Positions 51,145 to 63,600 of a DNA stretch of 64,000 bases are shown here, one piece after another. Each line of letters opens with the position of its first letter. Position 1 is the first letter of the stretch. A program made the position numbers and the translations under genes. The stretch is taken from NCBI GenBank assembly GCA_030265395.1, contig JARFYF010000094.1:92514721-92578720 (forward strand), given 5' to 3'. Under the pieces are notes generated by a model, which was not told where the DNA came from, did no database searches, and saw only the letters and a program-made list of their open reading frames with translations. This DNA comes from Rhina ancylostomus (Eukaryota).

Positions 51145-51451
51145 TTTAAGATTTTTTAAAATTTATTAGTCACATGTACGTTGAAACACACAGTGAAATG
51201 CGTCTTTTTGCATTACTGACAATGTGCTGGGGAAGCCCTCAAGTGTCTCCACTCTTCAGGTGCCAACATAGCATGCCCACAGCTCCTAATCTGTATGTAT
51301 TTGGAATGTGGGAAAAAACCGGAGCACCCAGAGGAAACCCACACAGACACACGGGGTGAATGTACAAACTCCTTACAGACAGCGGCTGGAATTGAATCCG
51401 GGTCACTGGCACTGTAATAGCGTTATGCTACTGCTACACAACTGTGCTGCT
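51145..51451 (-). mobile_element. Full-length V-SINE with Rex1-like tail
   Basis: Reverse complement begins 'gcagcacagttgtgtagcagtagcataacgctattacagtgccagtgacccggattcaattccagccgctgtctgtaaggagtttgtac', the same head as the 17940 SINE. Confidence 0.92.
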
Positions 51452-52575
51452 AAGAAATAGAAGCAGAAGCAGGTCACTCCTGTGGTATTCAATAAGATCA
51501 TGGCTGATTTTTTTTACCTCAATGGAACATTCCCATATTCCTTGATATCTAAATATCAATTGATATTTAGCTTGAATGTACTCAGTGACTGAGCATCCCT
51601 GGCCCTCTTGGGTAGAGAATTTCAAAGATTCTCTCCCCTCTGAGTGAAGGAATTTCATTTTGTCTCAGTCCTGAACAGCCAGCCCCTTATTGTGAGACTG
51701 TGGGCCCTGGGTTCAGACTCCTCTGCCAGGGGATCCACTATCCCTGCATCCACCTAGTCAAGACCTAGAAGAATTTCAATGAGACCACTTCTCGATCTTC
51801 TAAACTGAGGAACGATAGACTCAGTCTGCTTGATCTCTTCTCATACGATATACTCAGCATTCNNNNNNNNNNNNNNNNNNNNNNNNNNNNNNNNNNNNNN
51901 NNNNNNNNNNNNNNNNNNNNNNNNNNNNNNNNNNNNNNNNNNNNNNNNNNNNNNNNNNNNNNCTCATACGATATACTCAGCATTCCAAAAATCAATCTGG
52001 TGAACATTCACTGCACTCCTATCACAACCATGTCCTTCTTCAGGTAGCAAGACCAGAGCTATCCAGAATATTTCAAATCAGTCACACTGTGTAATTGGAG
52101 CAAGATGTCTCTAATCTTGTACTTGTATCCCCTGCAATAAAAGCTACCATAACATTTGTTTTATCATGGTTGGTAGCTGTATCAACTGTTAACTTTCAGC
52201 AACTTGTATTCAAGGGTCCCCAGGTCCCTCTGAACACCACTACTTTTCAATAAATCACCATTCAAAAAATACTTTATTTCATTCCATCAAAGTGAATGAT
52301 CCCACTTATATAGGATAATAATAATTAAAATTAATAATAATAATTACAATAGAAGGTGGTTGAGGCATATACAATTGTTATGTTTGAAAACATTTGGACA
52401 GGAACTTGGACAACAAAAGGAATAGAGGGATACAGGCTTAATGCAGTAAATACACATCATGGTCAGCCTGGGCAAGTTGGGCTGAAGGACCCATTTCTGT
52501 GCAGTGCAACCCTATAACTTTATGACTTCATGGACATCTGCCATGTCCTTGCCCATTCACCTACTTGTCTAGAAC
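51452..52575 (-). mobile_element. CR1 3' region (minus) containing a plus-strand CR1 3' tail (about 52345-52528)
   Basis: 'aagaaatagaagcagaagcagg...ttcaataagatcatggctgatt', 'gggtagagaatttcaaagatt'; nested plus tail 'gggctgaaggacccatttctgtgcagtgcaaccctataactttatgact'; minus copy resumes 'catctgccatgtccttgcccattcac'. Confidence 0.85.
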
Positions 52576-52899
52576 CCACACAGCTTTGTAACATCTTGCA
52601 GTATAGGCATCCTCTAAGAAACCAGACACACCTTCAAAGTTCTCCATGTTTCCTGTACATTAGCCAAACACACTTTATTTCTTATTTCATAATGACTAGG
52701 AACCAACAGAGACACATATTATACTTTCAATGATGTTCATGATCCAAAGAACAAGAACTGGTGTGAACCACCTAACACTACCAAGATTAAACAACGCATG
52801 GAGGATTGTATCGAAACACCATACCACACGAATAATGTTGTTTAACATCAACTGTTAGACTTACTTCTTTTATCACTCTACTATGTGTAAAACACAATA

Positions 52900-53310
52900 A
52901 CACCTCTCTGAATCAATTGGTAACATGCTTGCTTCTATGTCAAAAGGTTCAAGTTCCAGGCTGATGCAGAAAAAATTAGGCTGACATTTCAGTGCAATAC
53001 TGCAGAGCAACTGAACTGTTGGAGGTGCCATTCTTCAGATGGTTCTCTAAACAGGGCACTCTATAAAAGGTCCATACCACTAACTTAAGAAAGAGCCAGG
53101 CAGTTATCCCCAATCTTCTGGCCATTATTCATCCCTCACTCAACAGATAATCTGGACATTTGCACTTTGCTGCTGAGGGGATCTTGCTGTGTTCATATTA
53201 GTTGCTGTGTTTCCTATGACAGAGCAGTGACTAAATTTCAGAAGTATTTTAAAGCCTATTAACTGTTCTGGGATATGTGGAAAGTGCTATATTAATGAAA
53301 ATAGTTAAAT
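52900..53310 (+). mobile_element. DeuSINE/SacSINE1-like SINE
   Basis: 'ggttcaagttcc', 'aggctgacatttcagtgcaatactg...tgttggaggtgcc', 'gggatcttgctgtg...gttgctgtgtttcct...gcagtgact', tail 'gaaagtgctatattaatgaaa'. Confidence 0.8.
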
Positions 53311-53904
53311 ATTTCTTCAAATCCTGCATTTGTGTTTCATATCCTACTGGAAGTTCCAACACACATTGCTGGTTTCTCAGCAAGATGCGTATGAAAATCA
53401 GTTATTTCCGGAGTCAGTGTGATCGTGATGATTCCCAGGTTGAATCATACTACTGTGGAAATTCAACTAGATGCTTCTGTTCGCAAACTGCATTTGTTCC
53501 AAGTGCATGATTTCTGTGTCAGACACACACAGAATGATGGAATTACCAGAACAATGCTTTCTTAGAGCATGGCCTGAGAAATTAGGCTCTGTTACAAACA
53601 GTGCCTGTTGTTCAGCACTATAATAACAATCATGTTTTAATAACACTGCTCCTTGAGTTGGTCCATCTGTAGCTACTGTGCCTCTCATTTTGGGCTTTCT
53701 TAGTTAACTCCTGTCCTTTGTTCCCTATCTATCAACATTACTCTTTGACTACCTTCCATTGATTTCCAGCACCACGGCTCCCCAGTCAAACCCCGCTACT
53801 TTCTCCCCAACCCAATTCTCCGATTCACCCCATATTCTGGCCTTGAGCCCTCAACTCTACTACACCCTGAGTTTCCCATTTTCTTCATGCTGCAAGATCG
53901 CACT

Positions 53905-54008
53905 GACCAAGTGCTGGTAAATGAGATTAGTAGAGATGGGTACTCGATGGTCAGCAATGGATGGGGTGGGCTGAAGGGTTGTTTGTGTGCTCTGTGACCT
54001 TTGACACT
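53905..54008 (+). mobile_element. CR1 3' tail fragment within a C-rich repeat-like tract
   Basis: 'ccaagtgctggtaaatgagattagt...gatggtcagcaatggatggggtgggctgaagggttgtttgtgtgctctgtgacctttgac'. Confidence 0.75.
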
Positions 54009-57000
54009 CCCACCTCTGGCCCCAAATCTCTAACTGACTCCTGACCTGATGCCCCCAGCTAAAACACCACTGCTCTTGTCTCTTGGACTTCTCTCCATGT
54101 GATGACTCTGGACTGGTTCTAGTCCGGGCCTTACCTAATATTTCCATTGCATGCACCATAACAGTGAGCATATCAAGGGAATTATATAGGAGCCAATCAG
54201 CCTGAGGCATTGTGCGCTGCTGAATTTAGCTGTGGCAAAAGGATCTTTGGCACCCAACACAGCCACTGTTTGCTGTGTCTCCCTCACAAACAATGTACTT
54301 ATGGGGACTACTCTAGATTACAGCAGTGACTACTCTTTCCTTTTCCTTTACTTGCCTTAACATCCAGAATATTTAACTATGACTAAACGTACATACTGCG
54401 TGCACTACATTCAACAATCATTCACTCACTACAAACCCCCTGCAGCAAACCTACCCTTGGTCATGAGTACAATTTTGCAAAGTGAAGAAAATCAATATTA
54501 ATTAAAATGGCATGACTGAGACAAGCAGCAGCATAAAGGAAAGTCAATCTCAGTGGCAACAGGCTGGTCATTTAGTAAATTTGATAAGAGTGGAAACAAA
54601 TCTTGAGATTATTGGCTTCTACTTAAAAATGAAATCAACACATTTGGGGGTCCCTTGGGAAGGGTGTGGAGAGAACTTTAATGCCCCTTTTACTTCTGTC
54701 GAGCATAACACACATCAAAGTGGAGCTGCATGAGGTATCAGACACTATGTGGTATGTCAGCCTTTTAGGCAACTGTTTTAAAACATTGCTAAATTAAACT
54801 CTTAAGGTTTCAATTTATTAATCAATTATTAGCAGAGAGGATGGTCGTTTCATGGAGTGTAACAGTTTGCATATTAAGGCCTTTGTGAGTCTCATGTTCA
54901 TTAACATGAAGGTGGAATTTGCATTTCTTGATCGACTGTTACAGTTTTAATATCCTTTTTTCTTGTTTTACATCAATCATTGAAACCAGTGCCACCACAG
55001 GCCATCATTAACCTTCCAAATCTCCCACTAAACAAATACTACAAGAACTCACTAATTTGTAGATCAAACAACCACTTGCCCGTTATATAATTGAAATGAA
55101 AGGCAGAATGTTACAGTTCTGAAGAGTAAAGTAATTACTAGCTGTTAATTGCTCACTTGAGGTGGCTCTCTTTTAATTAAAAGGAACAGCTAGTTGCATG
55201 CCGATAAGCTGCAGCCATAGACTATGGGTCTTAATCAACAAATCAGTGGGGAAAACAAACATTTCTTTTGGCCACAGTGAGCATCTGAACCAAAATCCTC
55301 AAATGTCCCATCGAGATTAAGCAAAGGAGTCTGGCTGCACTAGGCAGGTTTTATTTTAACTTAGGGAATGTCTATTTGAGTGTCCCTCTACCATCCCCGC
55401 TGGTGCTGAGGGGACTAATCACATTCTGATGGTTGTGATCACTCAAGTAAAGAAATTTAGCTACTTTCCTCTTGACTTCATCATTCCGGGTAATTGGCCT
55501 GTCTCAGATAAGCAGTCCTTTCTTAACAGCTCTTTAAAGTCTGGAAGGCCCACAGACTGTGAGCTTAATTACTGGCCATATTTCACAGCACTAAGGAGAA
55601 ATTCAAGGCAGAAAGAGTTTCACCCACCCTCCAACCTGTCCTCAATTCTATTGTTAAAGACCATTCAACTCCCTCAGTTTCAATTCAAATGCACCTGCTA
55701 ACTTATTTGAATGATAAACAAATTATATAATTATTCAAATCCTAATCCTTATGTGTGGTGTTCTGTGGAGATCATCCTTTGCATTTTGCCAGGAATAAAA
55801 TCCAAGGTATTTGCTTCAGAGTGATTAAGCTTGCTATATTCAAATCTTTCCGCTTCACAGCAGATCAGATTTTGGATGACACACACTGGCCAATTCAGGT
55901 AAGTACGGTTTTAATTCTCTTTAAAATAAAGTAAAACACATATGTGAATGGCCTTAAAAGACAAGAATTAGCATGGGGAAAAAGTAAGTAATGATATTGA
56001 AGAGCTTAGATTTATAAAATAGGGAAATGGGTGGATTGACATCAAAAGTGATATTCTCCAGTTTATCAAGGAGGAAGGACTAATGTTAGGAGTTGGAAAC
56101 AAATGCAACATGAGAACTGCAGACAGAATGCAAAGGTAGCCTTGGGAAATTGGAATTTCAGTTAAGTTAATAGTGCTGTGTCAGCCAGTGATTTGGAGGT
56201 AGAGTGGGGTATATGATTCACAGTGAACAGATTATTGTTCTCCAAAGAAAGTCAGATTACTCAGAAAACAATGCAGAGGAAATAGAATCAATAACAACTT
56301 CTCCCAATAAAAGCAGGGTTATTAATACAGGAACATGCAGTAAGTGGGGGATAGTTGTATATAAACTATGTGCAAAAATCAATCCCAGACACTTCCCGCA
56401 GTGTAATCACCAAGCTTGATTGACAGGGTAATTACAGTCATGTCTAGTCTGTCTGGTACAAGCATTGTCACCACATGCAGCTTTCAAAAATGCTTTAGGT
56501 ATACTTATTGAAACCACACAGTAAAGGGAAAGAGGCCAGGGTTGGGGAATGAAGGGGTGGAAGGGAAAGGCAGATAGAGATGGTGGAGAAGGGTTCTGAG
56601 AGTGTATAAGGGTCATAAATGGGTGCAAATAAACCAAAAGTTTTGAAGGTCGGTTTTACAAGTTTTCAGATATAGAGTTTAGAAAGGTGGGTGCATACTA
56701 CTTAATCCAGATCAGTTTATCTGAAGTCTCATGTAGTTTCCAATTTTCCAGTTGAATTTTGTACTGATGGTAGTAATGCTTAATTACAATTAAACGTAGC
56801 ACACTCTACCTCGCATTTATAGAAAAGGAGCATAGCAATGCACAGAAATGCCATCAACAGATGATATCAGTAGGAAGCCAATGTATATCTGTGCCATCTG
56901 GGCAAGGACACCAGCAATCAATACAGCTGGTGACCATAACAGGTAGAATCACTCTTCAAGGTCCTGCTGCCACCTACTCCTTATTATCACCAGATATGAC

Positions 57001-57929
57001 AAAAATGTGTGTGCGCCAGATTTCAATTGCATTGAAGGTTCTGGAGAAACACTTGATCTGCCAATACACCTAATGTAGAACTTCAAGGTGATATTAAAAT
57101 TCATTAAATTAAACTGGTGGCTGTTTGGACTCCATATCTGGGCTTTTCTGTGGCAACAGTGGAAATGTTAAGAATTAGGCTGAATAAGACTCCCAAGGTT
57201 TTCTGGAACTGCCCTTTTTGTTTGCTTCATCCAGCAAGTAATTGGGCTCTGTAGATTGCCTTAACCTAAGTGCATCCTCACTTGGAAGCAGACATTTCTT
57301 GGAGTTATCCTACAGGTACAGACCAACTGGATGATGATGAACTGGCCTTGTGGTTTTGAAATCCTTGGAATTGTGTAAGTGGATCAATGAAACTTTGAAC
57401 TTTGTGGAATCTACATCCAAAACAAAAAGGTCCATACATCTCATTGTGCTCCTGAAGTGCCCACAAGGAAACCATATAGTCCTGCATAAAAGTGCATTGG
57501 GAATCAGCAAATTTACTGCAGTCCAAGTAACAATTTGGAATTAACCAGTTGCCTGGAAGTTCCAGACTATTGACAACCCTGGGCAGTGCTGTTCCCTTGG
57601 TGGAAATTGACTGGAGCTAGATTCTCGATTGTGACACATTTCTCTCCCTGCCTCCCTTGCAAAGCAGAGCCTGCAAGTTACACCTCACAATCTGTGAGCA
57701 TCCATTGGTAGGCAGTTTTCCCTGCATCAACATTGGCTAAAGAACACAAATATTGGAACAACCCATTGAAAAGTCCTTCAAGAATATAAATAGTAACAGC
57801 TGAACAATATATTCAATAAAAATTAACATAGAGAATAAAAATTCCACTTTCTGATTTTCATTCTTCAAACACTGCTCCATGCTATCAGCCCTGATTACAC
57901 CTACCCCATTGCCTATTTTCTGTCACTAC

Positions 57930-58385
57930 AACTGTCTCTGCAAAATCCTCCAAATTCACTGGAAAGATTAGTGAACCAATATTTGTGTCTCTCCCAGTCC
58001 AACATCCCCAGTATTGAGGCCCAAGTTACGTTGGTCAGGGCATATCATTCGCATGCCTGACAGCAGACTCCTGAAATGGATACCCTATTCCAAGCTCTGT
58101 CATGCTAAGAGATTTGCCAGGCAACAAAGGAAAAAATTCAAAGATGTGCTTAACGCCTCCTTGACATCTTCACTGACTCCTGGGAATCTCTGACCCATGA
58201 CTGCTCAAAATGGAGAAGGAACATTTGGGATGGTGTTGAAAGCTTCAAGTGCATGCTTAGGAAATAAAGCAAGTTGTAGAAGGAGCAGACTACCTCACAA
58301 TCTATCCATCCACCAGCCCCATTAGCCACCAACTGTGGAATAGTCTGTGGTTCCTACAGTAACCTCATCAGCCACATGAGAGCCC
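57930..58385 (+). mobile_element. RTE-clade LINE C-terminal fragment
   Basis: LCKILQIHWKD...NIPSIEA...LRWSGHIIRMPDSRLLK.I.YSKLCH.KR..RQQRKKFKDVL, then a CCHH-like zinc-finger remnant 'NCGIVCGSYSNLISHMRA'. Confidence 0.88.
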
Positions 58386-59085
58386 AGAGGATTGTAGTGG
58401 AGCATTGTTTCTCAGAATGGAGGCAGGTGACCAGTGGTGTGCTGCAGGGATCAGTGCCGAGTCCTCTGTTATTCTTCATATATAATAATGATTTGGATGA
58501 GAATGTAGGTGGCATGATTAGTAATTTTACAGATGACACCAAAATTGGTGCAATAGTTTACAGTGAAGAAGGTTGTCTGAGCTTACAACAGGATATTGAT
58601 CAACTGGAAAGTGGGAGAAGGAATGGCAGATGGAATTTAACTCATACAAGTGCAAAGTGATGCATTTTGTGAAGTTAAACCCAGGCAAGACATACACAGA
58701 GAATGCAGGACTCTGAGGAGTGTTGTAGAAGAGGGACCGAGGAATAGAAGAACATGGTTCCCTCAAAGTGGCAACACAGGGAGACAGTAGAGTGAAGGTA
58801 GCATATGGACCACCTGCCTTGATCAGCTGAGGCATTATTAAGAGTAGGGACATTATGTTACAGTTGTACAAACTATTGGTTAGGCTGCACTTGGAGGAGT
58901 GGCTGCAGTTCTGGTTTATAGGAAAGATGTGACTAAGCTAGACAGGGGTGCAGAAAAATTCACAAGGATATTGCCTGGATTGGAGGGCTTGAGTTATATG
59001 GTGAGATTGGATAGGCTGGGTCAATTTTCCCTGAAGTAAAGGAGCTTCAGAGGTGACATGATACAGGATTTTAAGTTATGGATTT
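58386..59085 (+). mobile_element. CR1 (HER1-type) RT fragment
   Basis: QRIVVEHCFSEWRQVTSGVLQGSVPSPLLFFIYNNDLDENVGGMISNFTDDTKIG; close relative of the 7264-8723 copy. Confidence 0.95.
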
Positions 59086-59439
59086 TTTAAAATGTCCTTC
59101 TGAGGGAATAGAGGTCAACATGCAAAATTAGCTTCTCAGGGTCAGAGACGCTGCTCAGGAATGATTGCATTGTTAACTTAAATTCACAAAAAACCATTGT
59201 TATTAATTCAGCAAAGTTCAAAGTGTTCAATGGTATTGAAGATGGGACATAAGTAGTTGAAGTTCATGTTGATTCACTGGTCCAATGTTGACTGGGTTTA
59301 TAGAGATTGAAACTGTACAGAGGAGCAAGGAATCATTGACATTGAATTCTGAGTTTTCACTTATGATTCCATACGTGTGGTCAAATCAAATTGCCATCAG
59401 TTTTGCATGGCAGCAAGAGTCAATGGATGGCTATCATTA

Positions 59440-59510
59440 TTTGCTATTAAGGTTGCATTGTACCTGCACCTCACGATATGGTGCATATGACAATAAACTC
59501 AACTTGGATG
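59440..59510 (+). mobile_element. Rex1-like 3' tail fragment
   Basis: 'ttgcattgtacctgcacctcacgatatggtgcatatgacaataaactcaacttg'. Confidence 0.5.
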
Positions 59511-59625
59511 TTACTACTGCAAATTCTGGGTGACTATCTATGTCCAAATGTAATTTGATGGACATCCATCAAAATCAACTTTCGTCTGATTTTCTAATCA
59601 CTCTCAGATACCAAATGTGCCCTGC

Positions 59626-59667
59626 TGTGGGAAGACAGGACATCATTTGTGGGAAGACAGGACATCA
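59626..59667 (+). repeat. Perfect 20-bp direct repeat (22-bp period)
   Basis: TGTGGGAAGACAGGACATCA twice, separated by TT. Confidence 0.9.
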
Positions 59668-60599
59668 ACCGAAGCAGTTACAAGCCCACCTGACTAATGC
59701 CCAAGGGAAGCCCGAGCATCGACCACCACCAAGTTCCACACTATTGGCGTTAGGATTATCTGGGGCCGTGAGTTGAATTTATTTTCCATGTTCATCTGTG
59801 AAGGAGCCAAGTCTTTCCACTGATTCTATTATGGAAAATGAAGGATAGCACCAGGAGTTGAGTATTTCTTCATCTCACCTTTTGCTATCAATATAGCTAC
59901 ATAGCTCTGAGGATATAATTAAATTAATAGAAAGCATTTGTTACATGGAGGAGTCTTTGCCAGTTTTCAGAACTTTGATATTAATCACCAAAACCTCCTG
60001 AAACAACACCTTATTTGTCACACATCTATCATTCATACCTCATCATAAGATATATCATACACATTTCATCCACAGGAAGGAATTGCTTGGAGCAAAGGGG
60101 GAGTTAGCACAATGCTCTTTGCATTCCACGTAATCTTGCTGAGAAGTTGTTGTAATCTGAAAGAAATACCCCAGGTCCTTTCTATGTGTTAAGGCAGTGA
60201 AGGACCCCTTTTGATTTATTTGTGTTTTGGCATGACAGGGATGGTACCTGAATGGCAACACAGAAGAACCACTAATTTCCAGGAGACTGTACAAGGTCCT
60301 ATAAACTCTGATGCTGCTGTCTGCCAATACTAATGAGCTTAGCTAAACAGCAAATCAGTAACCTATTTCATTGGTCTGTGAACCCAATAGCTGGACATCT
60401 CACAATGGTCCCATTTGTTAACTAGGACTATAAGTGAATGGAATTGAGAACTTTTTTTTTGCAAGGTCTTGTTGTCTTAACTACCACAAAACAACGGTGC
60501 TGATTCATTCATCACCTACAGCTTCTATTCAGGATTTGGAAAAAAGCTGGTATCGTCTGCCTGGGTTGGCATCCTCTGCTTCTCCTGTCGGGCATGAGA

Positions 60600-61230
60600 A
60601 GTACTTTTTGGCTTAAAGATGTAGCCATAGAAGAAGTTACAGCAGTTTGCCTTGAGCATGCCATGAAACCTTCAAAGCTGCTCTGCTCTTTGTCTCGTAC
60701 AGCACTGTAGAACCTCACACGGCAGCCCACCCATATTCTAGAGTGATCCATTATACTCCAACAGGCATGACCTTGGCATGAATATCCTCCTTGGCATGAA
60801 TAACCTCTTCATGGGCAAACCTCTCCCTTTCTCTGTAACCTCCTCCAGCCCAAATGTTCTTTCCCGCTGACCCATGTATCACTGAGTATATCCATGTCAT
60901 TCACCTTCATCTGGAAGCTGTGGCTTCAGTCTGTTCAAGCCCATACTATGGATGGTTGAGCAAAATGCAGTTAGGTTAATGGTTGCACAGTTATGGCAGG
61001 GCCATTGGGGCTGTTTGTGAGCTGTATGACTCTATAGGCTAAACATGTTAGGAAGATCCTCCATAAATCTTTGTCCTTCCCGAGCTCCTCTTTGACTGCT
61101 CTATTGGTCATCCACTCTAATATTTTGATTCTTATCACAAAATCCCTTTTTGCATGATTGTACCTCAGAGAAACACGGTGGTACATTTTTGTATGCTAAA
61201 GATGCAATTATAATTAGTTGTTATTGTAAT
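60600..61230 (+). mobile_element. Decayed L2 LINE 3' region
   Basis: 'ctctccctttctctgtaacctcctccagccc' L2 signature and tail 'acatttttgtatgctaaagatgcaattataattagttgttattgt'. Confidence 0.6.
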
Positions 61231-62139
61231 ACTCCTTTGTGTCTGGATCTCTGGTGGATGCTAGAAGTCTAACTCAGGTCAGCTACAACTGGCATCAATG
61301 AGGATTTATTGCACCCAACACTACACAGTGCTAATTGGTATTGAGAACCATTAAAAATCCATTAATTTACATTAATAATCTTTGGGCATTGAAATGACAC
61401 CAAAATATTAGTGCTAATAAATAGTGTTCTCAGAGAATGTAATATGCAAAATAACATTAAAATTGCCAGCTGAGCCTATCAATGCTTTTTAACGTATTTC
61501 TCCACTCCTGTATCCCTATGAACATGGTTTATTACGGTGGGAAAATAAAACCTTCTTCATTTCCATATGATCTTTCTGATGAGATGTCCCATGCAATGAA
61601 ATCATACAGTGCTATCTGTCCATTAATATACATTTTATAATGAGCAAAATCCTAAATGTCTAACAAAAAAAAGTCTCAACATCGGGAAAAAGAGCAGAAG
61701 AATCCTGTATTTGACAAAAATACTTTTCATTTGAAGTCAAACATTTAAGAATATAAACCTTGCAAAACAAAATGTTAAAAGTTGACACAAGATTTTCAAA
61801 ATGTCATTTGAAAGAAACATGCTTGTTAAAGTTACATTTTCTGGTTAGAAATACCATTTACGAAGCACTGTGCTCAAAACAACCTTGTCCTGATTTTCTT
61901 AAAACAAACAAAACCCATTTGCTCAGCCAAGCTGTTTAGTTATTTATCCTCTATCCATGTTATTGATAAGCATTTTTCTCTGGAAATTATTCTTCCCGAG
62001 CATCCTGTTCCTGATTGTCAGTCAGCACCTGTTACTTCACTCTGGACATGTACGGTTTTTGATCGGAATGCATTGCCTTCTTTCCAACTTTTCTTTTCCC
62101 AAAAGTTTATCAGAGGAAACACTTGCACTCACAAGGATG

Positions 62140-62420
62140 GCCTCCACACAGTGACAGATTAATCCACACTGAGTGCACTTCCTTCAGAGAGAGGACACTA
62201 ATTATTAAGAAGGCACTTAGGACACAATGAGAGCTGACATCTGACAGACCACTCTCTGCCAGCTTTGCATTGTCTTACTGTCAGACACTGTCAGTTCCCA
62301 GGCTTAATTACATCCTGTTTACAAACATTAGGGATGGCTTCAGATGAGGCCTATCTGAAGGTTGTCAAAGGTCAGGGTCGTGTCGCAAGGATGATGTTAT
62401 CTGTCTGTAACAACTAGTCC
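62140..62420. promoter_or_regulatory. Putative enhancer with clustered MEIS/TALE, forkhead, homeodomain and nuclear-receptor motifs
   Basis: TGACAG/CTGTCA at 62152, 62242, 62278, 62288; two TAATTA; TGTTTAC at 62316; AGGTCAGGGTCG at 62369. Confidence 0.45.
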
Positions 62421-62939
62421 AAAAAATTAGGTAATGGTATTTGACCAATTTCTTTGAATCTCTTTACTTGACCAATCTCAATCAGCTCTGAGATAAAGTT
62501 AATGTCCCATAGTCAATAAAAACAGAGCTATTGCAAACATATATTGATAATCAGTTTATATTATGACATTAAATTGTTATTTTTAAACAATTATTCTCAA
62601 TTTATCTGTTTTGGAAAAGATAATTTATGACGTGTTTCTAATTCAGGAATTAAGCATAGTGAGGGACTTCTGTCCAGAAACTGGAATGTAAACATTTTTG
62701 ATGCGCTAAAACATAGTGTGTTTTAGTGCTGATATCCAATTGGGAACTCACCCCCCACCCCCAAATTGCAAAACTGTCCAAAATCCAGATTTACACACAG
62801 AAGGAAGTACTATATTGAGACAAGTGCAATTTCTCACCCAATTTCTTGGATCTCCTAACAATCAGAATGAGTACACAGCTTTGAGGGAAGATCAACAGTC
62901 TTTAAGAGACACTACACATGACAGACACAGCACCAGCAC

Positions 62940-63600
62940 AGTCTTCGGCTGCCATGAAGGAGACTGAGGCTGCAGGGGAGAGGGAGATAGCTCCCACAAT
63001 AACTCAAAGGGACATGCAAGTCTTGGTCAATGAGATCATCATACCAAGGAGTCCAGGAGGTCGACCAGTTCCATTACAGGAAGAACCTATCAGGTCTCCT
63101 CCAGGAATGAGAAGCCTCACAATGGCTAAGAAAAAAATCACAATCTCACAAGATACATCAATATGTGGAGCACACTACTCTTTACATGTGCAGTGTGGAA
63201 ATCCTTAACATTTTCAATTGGAGGTCAGAGTTCTTTAAGAGAGGTGCCACTCATCAGGAAATAGAAAGACATTATAGCAAACGATTAAAGTAATTGGAGT
63301 GGGATTCATTCAGTCACGTTACACTCTGGTGAACCTGTACAGCAGAATGTGAGGGGACTTTATCCATTACCTGGCCTCTCCTGGCTGAGCATCAGTGTGC
63401 AATGTTAGTGTTAAGGAGGACTGGAGGGTCAAGAGGTTCAGTTGATATGCACTTCTGAGTTTTATTTTGCTGCCTAATTACAAAAATCATTTCTCTGTTA
63501 GGAGGACTTATTTTCCATGAGCGTAATGGCTGCCTCCTCAGCTCATCAGGGAGATGGGGCTATGGATGTTGAGCAGGTAATCTCTCAATGGTTTGTGTCA
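62940..63600 (+). mobile_element. Second decayed PIF/Harbinger Myb/SANT-like ORF remnant
   Basis: EREIAPTITQRDMQVLVNEI...MRSLTMAKKK(frameshift)HNLTR resembles 'RERAPRFSxxDLxVLVxEV...RTxxQCRKKFNDLTR'. Confidence 0.5.

Noticed and set aside
51840-51985. Direct repeats flanking exact 100-N gaps (also 8330, 22607, 23739)
   Set aside because: Unmerged contig overlaps around placeholder gaps, not target-site duplications.
53277-53510. 77-aa Cys-containing ORF
   Set aside because: Starts in a SINE tail; no domain pattern or good donor.
57300-57382. Plus-strand AG...GTAAGT bounded segment
   Set aside because: Weak pyrimidine tract and an implausible peptide (QTNWMMMNW...); not supported.
59626-60805. 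Short direct repeats (59626, 60770; also 33460, 17916, 50513) as CRISPR-like or functional arrays
   Set aside because: Two copies only, no spacers, eukaryotic context; consistent with slippage duplications.
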